64,000 nucleotides of DNA from an uncultured Acidobacteriota bacterium. Lineage in GTDB: Bacteria; Acidobacteriota; Blastocatellia; RBC074. The notes beneath the pieces are model-generated. The model was not told the origin of the DNA. It did no database searches and saw only the letters and a list, made by a program, of their open reading frames with translations. The position numbers and the translations under genes are program-made. Positions 34,258-44,825 of the stretch are shown here, in pieces; the first letter of the stretch is position 1; each line of letters opens with the position of its first letter. Location: the NCBI GenBank assembly GCA_963796275.1, contig CAWCKY010000003.1:1088001-1152000 (forward strand). Direction: 5' to 3'.

Positions 34258-34718
34258 GCGATGTCAGAGTGACGTTAAACTGGGGCGGAGAGATGAAATT
34301 TACCGCCGTCAATGCGGCAGGCCACCTGACGTCCATCGATGGAGATAAAAAATCGGCCGCCAGCCCCGTAGAGATATTGCTCGAGGCTCTCGGCGCCTGC
34401 ACGGGAATCGATGTCGTTCTGATCCTGGGGAAGATGCGAACACCCGCGGAGCGTCTCGAGATCGCGATCGAAGGGAATCGCCGGCAGACGGAACCGCGAT
34501 ATTACACCGAGGTGTGCCTGCGATTCGATGTCTGGGGCGATGGGATCAATCCTGACAAGTTGGCGCGCGCCATCGATCTTTCAATCGCGAAATATTGCAG
34601 CGTTTATCACTCACTCCGGCCCGATCTTAAAACGGTGGCCGAGTTCCGCCTTCATGCTATCAGCGCCGATGCGGCTGGAGAATATCAGATAGTTGATTTT
34701 GATAAACAATCTCTATAA
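34254..34718 (+). CDS. OsmC/YhfA family protein
   Basis: SPVEILLEALGAC and KYCSV motifs. Confidence 0.88.
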   Translation: MSDVRVTLNWGGEMKFTAVNAAGHLTSIDGDKKSAASPVEILLEALGACTGIDVVLILGKMRTPAERLEIAIEGNRRQTEPRYYTEVCLRFDVWGDGINPDKLARAIDLSIAKYCSVYHSLRPDLKTVAEFRLHAISADAAGEYQIVDFDKQSL

Positions 34719-34778
34719 CAATCGATTTCACATTTAAATTTGTTACGATATCCCCTTAAATCTCTGCATTAAACACTG

Positions 34779-35234
34779 TTACTTTTTATTCATTTCCGCA
34801 GTATCGAGCCAGATCGTTACCGGGCCGGAGTTATGAATTTCGACCAGCATATCAGCCTGAAATTCTCCGGTCTCAACCTTGAAACCCATCGCATTTAACT
34901 TTTGCACGAATTTTTCGTATAGGGGAATGGCTATTTCGGGCCGTGCGGCATCGGTGAAGCTCGGACGACGGCCTTTGCGAGCGTCGGCGAAGAGCGTGAA
35001 TTGCGAGATGACGAGCATTTCTGCATTCACCTCAAGCGCCGACAGGTTGAACTTACCCTCGATATCCGCAAAAATTCGCAAGTTGGCAATCTTATTCGCA
35101 ATAATGTCAACATCGGATTCTTCATCGCCGGCTCCGACGCCGAGCAAAATTACCAGTCCGGCATTGATTGAGCCGACGACTTCTCCTGCGATCGATACTC
35201 TTCCTTGTGTGACCCGTTGGATGACTGCGCGCAT
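34779..35234 (-). CDS. dtd: D-aminoacyl-tRNA deacylase
   Basis: [20 protein letters not shown] and NSGPVT motifs. Confidence 0.95.
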   Translation of the reverse strand: MRAVIQRVTQGRVSIAGEVVGSINAGLVILLGVGAGDEESDVDIIANKIANLRIFADIEGKFNLSALEVNAEMLVISQFTLFADARKGRRPSFTDAARPEIAIPLYEKFVQKLNAMGFKVETGEFQADMLVEIHNSGPVTIWLDTAEMNKK

Positions 35235-35244
35235 AAGAAGAATG

Positions 35245-35327
35245 GATAATTGATAATTGGTAGACACTGGGGCACGATTTATACGAATTATCAATTATCA
35301 ATTATCAATTATCAATTATCAATTATC
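35245..35327. repeat. Inverted heptamer arrays (GATAATT)2 ... (AATTATC)6
   Basis: Abuts the nurA stop codon. Confidence 0.9.
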
Positions 35328-36533
35328 TTATCTCCTCCTCGTTTTGCTTCTCACTTTCTGTGAAATTCGCAAAGTTACTCCCTGCTCCCGCGCGAAACGC
35401 TGGAAGAGGGCATAGAACGCGTCGCGTTCACGGGAAGTGATGACGGCAGCGGCATCTGCCGTCTCGATCACGTAAGGATAACCGTTTCCTACAATCACTT
35501 CGGCGCGAATCAGGTCTATTACCTGGTCGAGCAATCCACGATCGTAGACCCACAGAGGTAGCTCCAGGCGCGCGGGAGGCGTCTGCCCATTGGTTCTAAG
35601 GTATACAAAACCGATGCCACGCCGGTACTCCTCAAAACTTTCCAGCACACCCGGGTGTTTGCGGTCAGCGCCGCCCCGCGCGCAGATGAATATCGGTGTG
35701 CGGTCTCCCCATTCGAGCGAGTCGCCGGTGATCTGGGCATCGTGCACGCGCTGCGCTTCGCCCAGGTTGAAACAATGCGCGAGCATATTGGTCAGATCGC
35801 GGGCATAACTGGTGTCGACATAGCCGACGACCGGGATGCCGGTCTGCTCCGAACAGCGCAGGAGCTTGAGCATCGCATTGACGTGCCGCACCCGCATCTC
35901 TTCCTGCAAGCGATCGGCAAACGAGATCACGAGCGAGCTATCGAATAAAGCCACAGCCAGTTGCGCCGATTGATCCCGCTCCGCCGCAATTCGTCGCATC
36001 AAACTGCAGAGCGTTTCAGTTTCGAGCTCGAAGCGACGCGCGTTGACAGTCTGCTCGGAAAATATACGATCACCATTGAACTCGACCAGCAGCTCCTCAG
36101 GCGTCAGGATTTCAAAAGCTACGTCTTTCGTGTAGCTAGGTTCGAGGCGGTGTCGATTTTCGAACAGCGCGACCTGTACGGCAGCGATAGGTATGTTCAG
36201 ACCCGGGTCCGGCCTGATCTGACTACCATCGACGGCGAAGGTAGTATGACCGAGCAGTACTTCGAGCGCCCAGCCGCGGGCTTCCTGGTGATTGCCGAAC
36301 CTGTTCGGGAATTCGAGGCAGAGACCCCTCGCCCGCTCGAATTCGGGTGTCGGTAGCGCGCCCGGAGTGGTTTCGCTCGATAGTCGGGAAAGCAGGTTCT
36401 CGCAGGAGAGCTCAGCGAGTCTGTTTAAAGCATCACGGTAGTCTTTCGTGTCGTCGCGCAAAGTCTCGTTGAAAGCGTCAAATTGGGGCCATTTTTCGCG
36501 TAGTTGTGTGATAATCTTGTGGTTTAGGATCAT
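35328..36533 (-). CDS. nurA: NurA-family nuclease
   Basis: FAVDGSQI, ALFDSSL and GNGYPYVIETADAAA motifs. Confidence 0.75.
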   Translation of the reverse strand: MILNHKIITQLREKWPQFDAFNETLRDDTKDYRDALNRLAELSCENLLSRLSSETTPGALPTPEFERARGLCLEFPNRFGNHQEARGWALEVLLGHTTFAVDGSQIRPDPGLNIPIAAVQVALFENRHRLEPSYTKDVAFEILTPEELLVEFNGDRIFSEQTVNARRFELETETLCSLMRRIAAERDQSAQLAVALFDSSLVISFADRLQEEMRVRHVNAMLKLLRCSEQTGIPVVGYVDTSYARDLTNMLAHCFNLGEAQRVHDAQITGDSLEWGDRTPIFICARGGADRKHPGVLESFEEYRRGIGFVYLRTNGQTPPARLELPLWVYDRGLLDQVIDLIRAEVIVGNGYPYVIETADAAAVITSRERDAFYALFQRFAREQGVTLRISQKVRSKTRRR

Positions 36534-36671
36534 ATTTATTGCTTCAACTATTGCTTGATATCATTGTGCGCCTATGTTAGCTTTCAGCCTGTTTTTACAC
36601 CATTTATTTCGTCGACGCATCGGCTTGTTTTATCAATATCAACAAATAGGAAATTTTTCTGGAGGCCCGGT

Positions 36672-37010
36672 ATGACCATTTCAGAACGTAAGAGTGGTGA
36701 CGTAACTGTTCTCGATGTAGAAGGCAAAATACTCCTCGGTGAAGGCGACGTCCAGTTAAAGCGCAAAATAGATGAATTGATCGAACGCAACGAGAAGCTA
36801 TTATTGCTCAACCTCGCGAATGTTCCGTATATGGATAGCGGCGGCCTCGGGGAGGTTGTCCGCAGTTATACGACTGTCAAGCGTGCAGGCGGCGATCTCA
36901 AGCTGGTCAATGCGACGAAGCGCATCAGCGATCTGTTGACGATCACCAAGCTGATCACAGTATTCGAGGTCTTCGATGACGAAGCGCATGCAGTGAATAG
37001 CTTCGCCTAA
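36672..37010 (+). CDS. STAS-domain anti-sigma factor antagonist
   Basis: LNLANVPYMDSGGLG; GGAGG RBS. Confidence 0.9.
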   Translation: MTISERKSGDVTVLDVEGKILLGEGDVQLKRKIDELIERNEKLLLLNLANVPYMDSGGLGEVVRSYTTVKRAGGDLKLVNATKRISDLLTITKLITVFEVFDDEAHAVNSFA

Positions 37011-37044
37011 ACGAAACGTCGAAGAACACCAGGACACCGAAAAG

Positions 37045-37110
37045 GCGAAATAAACTGAACAAACGAACAACCATTGGCATCGTTTGTTCTGTTTATTTCG
37101 CCTGTTTCGC
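37045..37110. repeat. Inverted 9-mer array between convergent genes
   Basis: GCGAAATAAACTGAACAAACGAAC ... GTTCTGTTTATTTCGCCTGTTTCG. Confidence 0.7.
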
Positions 37111-37125
37111 ATCTCCCTTCCGCCA

Positions 37126-38304
37126 TCACTTCGCCGCTCCATACTTCCGTAATATCTCTGTGACTTTATCTATGGGCAGCGCCTCGGCTCGATGGCCGTC
37201 GCGGCCGGTGACCGTGGTTGCACGCAGGAGCGAGTTATAGATCGCTTCCTCGGTGGCTTCTACAACGGCCTGAAATAAAGGCGACATCGAATCATTGCCG
37301 AGCGTTCGGATAGTACGCAGCTGTTCGCCGGCGCGGATGCGGTTTTCTTCGGATGTGCTGAATGCGATGATGTAATCGCCGCTCCCTTGCGTTGAAGGTG
37401 ATCCGGTGCGGCCCAGTCCGAGCATGGCGCGCGCCGCCAGTCGCTTCAAATTGCGCGCGTCGAGCGGGGCATCGGTGGCTACCACAATAATTATCGATCC
37501 ATCGGCTCTATCTCGGCCAGGATCATCGGGGATATCGTTGCGGCCGACTCGTTCGAGTTGTTCCTTCAGGTAATAACGGCGGAGCTCGCGGCCGACAGGC
37601 GCGCCGTTGATCGTCAATACCCCGCCGAAATTCGATTGAACGAGTACTCCGACCGTGTAACCGCCGAGGTTTTGCGGAAGCGCTCGGGACGATGTGCCGA
37701 TGCCGCCTTTATACCCGAAAGCCACGGTGCCCGTGCCGGCGCCGACCGAGCCTTCGGCGATTGGGCCGTCCTTCGCTGTTTTTAAGGCCGCGAAAACTTC
37801 ATCCCGCCCGACGTGGCGTCCCCGAATGTCGTTGAGATAACCGTCGTTCGTTTCGGCGACTATCGGATTGATTGAACGAACATCCTCATTGCCCGGCAAG
37901 GCGAGCATCCAATCGATCAGAGCGTCGGCGACCCTGGGTACATTGAGCGTGCTGGTGAGCAGGATCGGCGTTTCGATTTCGCCGAGCTCATCGACCTGAG
38001 TCGACCCTATCAGTTTGCCGAAACCGTTGCCGACGAAGATCGCTGCCGGGATCTTTTCCTGAAAGAGATTGCCTGAGTGAGGGATGATCGCAGTCACTCC
38101 CGTTCTCACCTTATCACCTTTGCTCAAAGTGGTGTGGCCGACTCGCACGCCCGCGACATCCGTGATCGCATTCAGTCTTCCCGTTGGTATGATTCCCACT
38201 TCGATCCCAAGATCTCGCGCTCGGGGGCGCGGCTTTTCAGAGCTCGTCTGACTCATAAGTAACAGGAGGAAAAGCAAAGGATATGTAATTCTCGCTGCGG
38301 TCAT
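37126..38304 (-). CDS. DmpA/P1 (S58) family aminopeptidase, secreted
   Basis: NAITDVAGVRVGH, EGSVGAGTG, DG/SII autoproteolysis site and GSGDY. Confidence 0.88.
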   Translation of the reverse strand: MTAARITYPLLFLLLLMSQTSSEKPRPRARDLGIEVGIIPTGRLNAITDVAGVRVGHTTLSKGDKVRTGVTAIIPHSGNLFQEKIPAAIFVGNGFGKLIGSTQVDELGEIETPILLTSTLNVPRVADALIDWMLALPGNEDVRSINPIVAETNDGYLNDIRGRHVGRDEVFAALKTAKDGPIAEGSVGAGTGTVAFGYKGGIGTSSRALPQNLGGYTVGVLVQSNFGGVLTINGAPVGRELRRYYLKEQLERVGRNDIPDDPGRDRADGSIIIVVATDAPLDARNLKRLAARAMLGLGRTGSPSTQGSGDYIIAFSTSEENRIRAGEQLRTIRTLGNDSMSPLFQAVVEATEEAIYNSLLRATTVTGRDGHRAEALPIDKVTEILRKYGAAK

Positions 38305-38308
38305 TGAT

Positions 38309-41236
38309 TCAGCCCGTATTTCTCATTCCGGCCGCAATCCCATTGATCGTCAGCAGGATGGCATATAGTAGCTTTTCGCGCTCCCGGGCGGAAGCTTTAC
38401 CGGCCCGCTTACGTGCGAGCAATTCGACCTGTAAATAACTCATCGGGTCGACATAAGGGTTGCGCACGGCGATCGATCGTTGCAGAAACGGCGAATTATC
38501 GAGCAATCTTTTCTCCCCCGTAATTTGTAGGACAATGCGACAGGCGAGTTTATATTCATCTTCGAGCATTTCGAATATTCGTTTACCCAGAGTGCGATCG
38601 GGAGTGCGCGCGGCGTATTGCCGTGCAACCTGAAAATCCGCTTTGGCCAATGACATTTCGATGTTCGAGATGGTGCTATGAAAGAACTCCCAATCGTTAT
38701 ACATCTCGCGCAACAGTTCGAGATTCTTTCTTCCGGCACTGAACTTATCGAGAGCTGTGCCGACAGCGAGCCAGCCGGGCAACAGATGCCGGCTCTGCGT
38801 CCATCCGAAAACCCACGGAATCGCACGCAGATCATCGAGACTTTGCGAGCCCTCTTTTCGCTTAGCTGGCCGTGACCCGATGCGTAGATGCTGTAACTCC
38901 TCGACTGGCGTCGCTTGAATGAAGTAATCGTAAAAACCCTCGGTCTCCCGGATAAACCGGCGGTAAGCTGCGAATGCGTCTTGAGAAATGCTCTCCATCG
39001 CATCTTTCCATAGGGAAAGTTGCTCATCATTGTGCTTCTCCTGCGGTAAACTGGCGGCGACAGCTGCAGCGGTTGTCAGCTCCAAACTACGCAGGGCGAT
39101 CTCGGGCAGACCGTACTTTGAGGAGATAACTTCTCCCTGTTCGGTGATCTTTATCCGCGATGCTACCGTCTCGGGAGGTTGCGCCAGGATAGCTTCGTGA
39201 CTCGGGCCGCCGCCGCGGCCGACCGTCCCTCCACGGCCATGAAACAGGCGTAATTCGACGCCATTCATGCGCGCGACCTCCCATAAATTCTCCTGCGCTT
39301 TGTATAACTCCCAGCTCGAAGTCAATATCCCACCGTCTTTGCTGCTATCCGAATAACCGATCATTACTTCCTGCAGGTTCCCATGACTCTCGACTAGTCT
39401 TCGATAGATGCCTATCCCAAATAACCGATTCATCACCTGCGGTGCCCGTCGCAGATCGTCGATCGTTTCGAAAAGAGGCGTGACTGATAGAGAGAACGGA
39501 TAAACGGGAGAACCGGCGGCTTTTCTCTCATCTCCCGCTCCTCCGTTCTTCACAATACCTGCTTCTTTAGCCAGTACGAGCACGGCCAGGAGATCGCTGA
39601 CCTCGCGCGTCATGCTCACAATATACGTCCCGATGGCATTAGTGCAGATTTCATCGAACGCGCGCCGAGCGACCCGGAAGACGTTGAGCGTTTCCGTTGT
39701 TTCTATGCTATAACGGGCATCAGGCGACACCAGCGGGCGAATGCTCGAAAGCTCCTGTGTCAGCCATTCGAGGCGTTGTTCTTCATTCATCTGTGCGTAA
39801 TCGCGCGCAAATCCCAGGGTCTGTGTGATCTCCGTGAGCGCTGCCGTATGCCGTAAGCTGTGCTGCCGCAGATCGAGCCGGGCCAGGTAAAGATCGAAAG
39901 TCGCGACCTGCCGCAACAAACGGTCGATATCGCGCGCTGCGTATGTGGCCTTCCCCTCTCGCAGGCTCTCGCGTACCAGGCGCAGATCTTCCCACAGGTC
40001 CGCGCCTGTTCGATATAGACTTGCATTGGTCCCCGCTGAGCCGGCGGCTACCGCGGTCAGCGGGGTCGATTGGCGGATTGAGATCAGCGAATTCGGGGAT
40101 TCGGCTCTCAGCGAAGATGCCAGCATCTGATTATGCTGCAGAGTCCGATCGAGCCGCGTATAAATGAATGAGAGTTTTTGACGATACGGTTCTTCCGGGT
40201 TCCGTTTGAAAATCTCTGCCGCAATCTGCGGCATCTCGCGTGCATCTCGCGCGATCGAGGCGTGCAGCTCGCCGGTCGCCGGCGAGAGGCGGGATGATTC
40301 GCTCAGGCGCCGCGATAGATCTGCTACCGCGTTACGGTATTTTCGCAGTATCAGTCGCTGTTGCAGCCGCAGGGTCTCCCACGTGACTTCAGGGGTGACG
40401 AACGGATTCCCGTCGCGATCGCCTCCGACCCACGAGCCGAAACGCAAGGGAACTCGCGGTTCGTACATCTTCACGCTGGGGAAATTTTCAGAGAGCCGCC
40501 GCTCCAGCTCTTCGAGCATAATGGGAATTGAATCGAAGAGCGTCGTATCGAAGTAGTAGAGCGTATTGTTGACCTCATCGAGCACGGTTGGTTGCATGTG
40601 CCGCACTTCATCGGTATGCCAGACAGATTCGACTTCCGCGGCAAGTCGTTCAAGTAACTCCGTCTGTTTGCGCTTCGGAAGGTTTTGGTCATCGAAAGCG
40701 GTGAGCAGATCGGCGATGCGGCGATGCTTGTCGAGCAGCGTCCGCCGGGCTGCTTCGGTCGGATGCGCGGTCATTACCAGTTCGATCTCCAGACGGTCTA
40801 CCACGTGCTGGACGTTTTTACGTAATTCAGATTCGCTCAAATGTGTGTTTTCGTTCTTGATGCGGTTGAATGTATCCGCCAGCGAGCCGCGTTGCGGCTG
40901 GTCAGGCGTATGAAGTTCATAGAACCGCTTACGGCGAATGCGATGATGCTGTTCGGCGATATTTACGAGCTGAAAATAGACGGAGAAGGCCCGAATTACG
41001 CCAATGGCGTCATCGAGGTTCAATCCGTTCAGCAAATGTTTAAGTTTTCGTTCATCGGCAGGTGAATGATCGGTACGAAGTCCTTTGCAGAGAGCCCTGA
41101 CGCGCTCTTCGGTTTCGAAGAGCCTACTGCCGCCGAGGCGTTTCAGCGTCTCGCCCAGCAAGTCTCCGAGACGGTGTATGTCATTGCGTAGCGGCAGATC
41201 TTTTGACGATGTCTGTGCTTTACGATTATCGCTCAT
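38309..41236 (-). CDS. ppc: Phosphoenolpyruvate carboxylase
   Basis: TAHPTE, GGDRDGNP, GYSDSSKDGG, FHGRGGTVGRGGGP, LRAIPW and C-terminal GMRNTG. Confidence 0.97.
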   Translation of the reverse strand: MSDNRKAQTSSKDLPLRNDIHRLGDLLGETLKRLGGSRLFETEERVRALCKGLRTDHSPADERKLKHLLNGLNLDDAIGVIRAFSVYFQLVNIAEQHHRIRRKRFYELHTPDQPQRGSLADTFNRIKNENTHLSESELRKNVQHVVDRLEIELVMTAHPTEAARRTLLDKHRRIADLLTAFDDQNLPKRKQTELLERLAAEVESVWHTDEVRHMQPTVLDEVNNTLYYFDTTLFDSIPIMLEELERRLSENFPSVKMYEPRVPLRFGSWVGGDRDGNPFVTPEVTWETLRLQQRLILRKYRNAVADLSRRLSESSRLSPATGELHASIARDAREMPQIAAEIFKRNPEEPYRQKLSFIYTRLDRTLQHNQMLASSLRAESPNSLISIRQSTPLTAVAAGSAGTNASLYRTGADLWEDLRLVRESLREGKATYAARDIDRLLRQVATFDLYLARLDLRQHSLRHTAALTEITQTLGFARDYAQMNEEQRLEWLTQELSSIRPLVSPDARYSIETTETLNVFRVARRAFDEICTNAIGTYIVSMTREVSDLLAVLVLAKEAGIVKNGGAGDERKAAGSPVYPFSLSVTPLFETIDDLRRAPQVMNRLFGIGIYRRLVESHGNLQEVMIGYSDSSKDGGILTSSWELYKAQENLWEVARMNGVELRLFHGRGGTVGRGGGPSHEAILAQPPETVASRIKITEQGEVISSKYGLPEIALRSLELTTAAAVAASLPQEKHNDEQLSLWKDAMESISQDAFAAYRRFIRETEGFYDYFIQATPVEELQHLRIGSRPAKRKEGSQSLDDLRAIPWVFGWTQSRHLLPGWLAVGTALDKFSAGRKNLELLREMYNDWEFFHSTISNIEMSLAKADFQVARQYAARTPDRTLGKRIFEMLEDEYKLACRIVLQITGEKRLLDNSPFLQRSIAVRNPYVDPMSYLQVELLARKRAGKASAREREKLLYAILLTINGIAAGMRNTG

Positions 41237-41295
41237 GCATAAATCATAGCATTTCCCGTGAAGGTTCACGGTCGAGCAATGAAAGGAATAGATCG

Positions 41296-42276
41296 ATGAA
41301 ACCACGCATCGCCACATTCTTCACCGGGGGCACGATCTCTATGCGGATCGATCCCGTAACCGGCGGCGCGATTCCCGCGCTTTCGGGCGAAGAGATAATC
41401 GCCCTGGTGCCGGGGTTGGAGGAGATCGCAGAATTCGATGTGGTCAATTTTGCGCTCTGGCCGGGGCCGCACGTCACGCCATCGAGAATGATGGATCTGG
41501 CCGTGAAAGTGAAAGAAAAACTTGCCGATAAGAGAATCGCCGGCGCGGTGATCACTCACGGCACCGATACGCTCGAAGAGACGGCATACTTGCTTGATCT
41601 GGCGATCGATGACGATAAGCCCATCGTACTGGTCGGGGCTATGCGCAACAGCTCGGAACTGAGCTGGGATGGTCCGGGAAATCTGTTCTCGGCTGTCCGC
41701 GCGGCGATCGATACGAAAACCCGCGGGCTGGGAACCATTGTCGCCATGAACGATCAATTGATTGCCGCTGCCGACGCTACCAAGACGCACACGGAATCGA
41801 ACGAGACTTTTCAGAGCCGGGATTTCGGGCCGATTGGTTTGGTTGACAAGGATCGGGTGATCGTTGTGCGCCGCCCCGTTCAGCGCGAGCATATCGCGAC
41901 CGGCCGGATCGAAGAACGCGTCGATGTGATCAAGATGTTCGCGGGGGCGGATGGCCGTTTCATCAATTTCGCGGTCGACGATGGCGCGCGCGGATTGGTG
42001 ATTGAAGCTCTGGGCAGAGGAAATGTCACCGTTCCTTCCCTGCCGGCTATTGAGAGGGCGATCGGCGAAGGCCTCCCGGTCGTGATCACTTCGCGTTGTC
42101 CGCGCGGGAGAGTCCTCGACACATACGCCTATGAAGGGGCCGGCAGGCAGTTGAAGAAAATGGGCGCCATTCTCGGCGGTATGCTTCCCGGTCATAAAGC
42201 TCGCATCAAGCTCATGCTTATGCTTGGAGCAGACTGGAGCATCGAACAAATTCGCGAGTCATTCGAATGTAATTGA
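41296..42276 (+). CDS. L-asparaginase
   Basis: TGGTI, HGTDTLEE and GAMR motifs. Confidence 0.92.
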   Translation: MKPRIATFFTGGTISMRIDPVTGGAIPALSGEEIIALVPGLEEIAEFDVVNFALWPGPHVTPSRMMDLAVKVKEKLADKRIAGAVITHGTDTLEETAYLLDLAIDDDKPIVLVGAMRNSSELSWDGPGNLFSAVRAAIDTKTRGLGTIVAMNDQLIAAADATKTHTESNETFQSRDFGPIGLVDKDRVIVVRRPVQREHIATGRIEERVDVIKMFAGADGRFINFAVDDGARGLVIEALGRGNVTVPSLPAIERAIGEGLPVVITSRCPRGRVLDTYAYEGAGRQLKKMGAILGGMLPGHKARIKLMLMLGADWSIEQIRESFECN

Positions 42277-42295
42277 ATAGCACTCAGGAACATAG

Positions 42296-42501
42296 GATGG
42301 CGAAGCCTGTGGAATGCGGCGGCCGAATTCATATAAATCGTATCGCGAACGAAGCTTTGGCAAAAAAATTCGGTAGTCACACGCGATACCGCTCGCGGTA
42401 CTGATTCGCCGCAGTTTCGCTTGCTTGCAACCGCTTTGGTCATAAGCCCCCAGGGGGCGTTATATATAGCAGCCAGGGGTGAAGCGCAGCGCAGCCCCTG
42501 G
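42296..42501. repeat. Degenerate copy of the 17.4-kb palindromic element plus a second REP-like palindrome
   Basis: GGATGGCG...ACCGCTCGCGGTACTGATTCGCC is shared with 17432-17637; CCAGGGG...CCCCTGG hairpin. Confidence 0.65.
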
Positions 42502-42524
42502 ACGCATCAGAGAAATGGGCAGTA

Positions 42525-43562
42525 ATGAAATACGGTGTTATCGCTACCAACCCGCTTGAACTGCTGGCTTTATTATTCGGCAAGGTTCCCCTCACGATAC
42601 TGGATTCGCTTTATGCGATCTTGAAAGCACGTACATTGATGGCCGGCGTACAACTCGGGGTCTTTGATGCATTAAAAGATGAATCCGGCACTGCGGCGAC
42701 ATTGTCGCGTCGATTGGCGCTGGATGAGGAATGCCTGGACCTGCTTTTGCGCACTCTCGTGTTTTCCGGTTATCTCGAGCGTGATGGGACGGCATATAAA
42801 CTCTCGCGACTCGGGAGGGAGAACTGCATCAGGGAATCTCCGGCGGGGACTTCCAACTATTTGTTATGGAACTACACGCAATGGGACTGGGTCGGTCGAT
42901 TGGAGGATTTGCTGCGGACGGGTGCGGGAATCGACTTCCACCAGAGCCTGCTTGATACGGCGGCCTGGGAAACATATCAGCGGGCCATGTTTGAGATCGC
43001 GCGCAAAGACGCTCCCTATCTCGCTGCAAAACTCCCGGTTCCGCAAGGAGCCAAGAGCTTGCTGGATGTCGGCGGTGGCCATGGGTTGCTGGGCGCTGCG
43101 ATCTGCCGCAAACACCCGCCCATGAAATCGACGGTCCTCGACCTGCCGCAGGCTGTACACCACGCGCGCAGCCTGGCCAATGCAGAAGGATTCGGCGATG
43201 TAGTGGCATACCGCGAGGGCGATTTGCTCGAATCGGCCTGGGGGAGCGCGCATGATGTAATTCTGCTCGCCAACATTCTTCATCATTTTTCGCCCGGGGA
43301 GAATGAGGGTATTCTGCGCAAGGCGGCAGACGCGCTGCGCGAGGGTGGAACCGTTGCCATCTGGGACATCGAACGATCGCGCCAGGATGCTGATGTCTCG
43401 ATCGGAGACCCGGCTGCATTATTTTTCAGGCTGACGTCAAATGCTAGCGTCTACCGGGCTGATCAGTATGTGCAATGGGCTTCGGAGGCCGGTTTTCGGC
43501 GGGTGCGCGTTACCAGATCAATTCGATTTCCCGGGTTTGCCCTTATTATCGGGAGACGATAG
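42525..43562 (+). CDS. O-methyltransferase (dimerisation domain + Methyltransf_2)
   Basis: LLDVGGGHG, LDLP and ANILHHF motifs. Confidence 0.85.
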   Translation: MKYGVIATNPLELLALLFGKVPLTILDSLYAILKARTLMAGVQLGVFDALKDESGTAATLSRRLALDEECLDLLLRTLVFSGYLERDGTAYKLSRLGRENCIRESPAGTSNYLLWNYTQWDWVGRLEDLLRTGAGIDFHQSLLDTAAWETYQRAMFEIARKDAPYLAAKLPVPQGAKSLLDVGGGHGLLGAAICRKHPPMKSTVLDLPQAVHHARSLANAEGFGDVVAYREGDLLESAWGSAHDVILLANILHHFSPGENEGILRKAADALREGGTVAIWDIERSRQDADVSIGDPAALFFRLTSNASVYRADQYVQWASEAGFRRVRVTRSIRFPGFALIIGRR

Positions 43563-44699
43563 CAGCTCGAGTATCTTACTCGCCGCTCGTTTTGACGCGT
43601 TAGACGAGCCGAGGGCCTGACGTACTTGGGCCAGGTCTGCCCGTAGATGCGTGAGGCTTTTCGGATCGCTGAGCATGGCGGTGATCTGCTCCGCCAATCT
43701 TTCCGGATTCATTTCATCCTGCAATAACTCGGGAGCGATCTCCCGCCCTGCTATCAGGTTCGGCATACCGACGAATGGGACGTTGATCAATGGGCGGAAT
43801 ATCCGCCAATTCAAGGTCGAGGCGCGATAGACGATGATGAGCGGAGTGCCGATGATAGCAGTTTCGAGCGTAGCCGTACCGCTTGCGACGATCGCAAGCT
43901 CCGACGCTGATAGCGCGTTATAGGTATCATTCTCAATCGGCTTTAGATTTCCGATCGGATGGGATTGCATGCCGATTTCGTCAATGGAAAATGTGCGCGC
44001 CAGAGGCAAAGCGAATTGCAGTTGCGGTTGTGATCGGTTGAGTATCCGGGCCGCATCGAGCATCGGAGGCAGGATATATTTAATCTCCGAGTGACGGCTG
44101 CCCGGCAAGAGCGCGACGATCGGTCTCGCTGGGTCGAACTGGTGGCGTGAACAGAAATCATCCCGGCTCGCGGTCACGCGCACGCTATCGAGCAGCGGAT
44201 GGCCGACGTAATCGACATCGATACCGTTGCGTTCGTAATAATCTTTCTCGAACGGCAAAATGACGAGCATCTTTTCGATATACCGTTTGATGGCGTGGAT
44301 GCGGTAACTGCGCCACGCCCAAACCTGCGGGCTGATGTAATAGACCAGGCGCAGATTGTCGCTATGCAATTTTTTGGCAAGTCTGAGATTGAACTCTGGC
44401 CAGTCGACCAGGATCACCAGCGCGGGTTTCCTTGTGCGGGCTAACTGCCGGAGTCGGCGAAAAACACGAAGGAATTTAGGCAATGCCCGGGATACCTCGA
44501 GCAGGCCCATAATCGCGACTTCGCGAATGTCGACATGTGTCTCGACTCCGGCGCCGCGCATCTCTTCACCACCGGAGCCAAAAAATTCGAAAGGCAAATC
44601 GGGACGCAATGAACGCAACGCGGCGACCAGCTTCGCCCCGTGTTTATCACCGGAAGCCTCGCCCGCAACGATCATGATTCGCACAGATTGATTGACCAC
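43518..44699 (-). CDS. lpxB: Lipid-A-disaccharide synthase
   Basis: VAGEASGD, YISPQVWAWR, VGHPL, LLPGSR and SGTATLE motifs. Confidence 0.96.
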   Translation of the reverse strand: MVNQSVRIMIVAGEASGDKHGAKLVAALRSLRPDLPFEFFGSGGEEMRGAGVETHVDIREVAIMGLLEVSRALPKFLRVFRRLRQLARTRKPALVILVDWPEFNLRLAKKLHSDNLRLVYYISPQVWAWRSYRIHAIKRYIEKMLVILPFEKDYYERNGIDVDYVGHPLLDSVRVTASRDDFCSRHQFDPARPIVALLPGSRHSEIKYILPPMLDAARILNRSQPQLQFALPLARTFSIDEIGMQSHPIGNLKPIENDTYNALSASELAIVASGTATLETAIIGTPLIIVYRASTLNWRIFRPLINVPFVGMPNLIAGREIAPELLQDEMNPERLAEQITAMLSDPKSLTHLRADLAQVRQALGSSNASKRAASKILELLSSPDNKGKPGKSN

Positions 44700-44825
44700 G
44701 ATCTACATCATACCCCAGGGGATCAATAGTCCGATTACTATGTATGCGAGAGCCGCGGTTTGGCAGGTATTCGGGATTGATGTGATTGTGATAGAGGCCT
44801 TCGGGCTCATTGGCTCAATTTTCAG

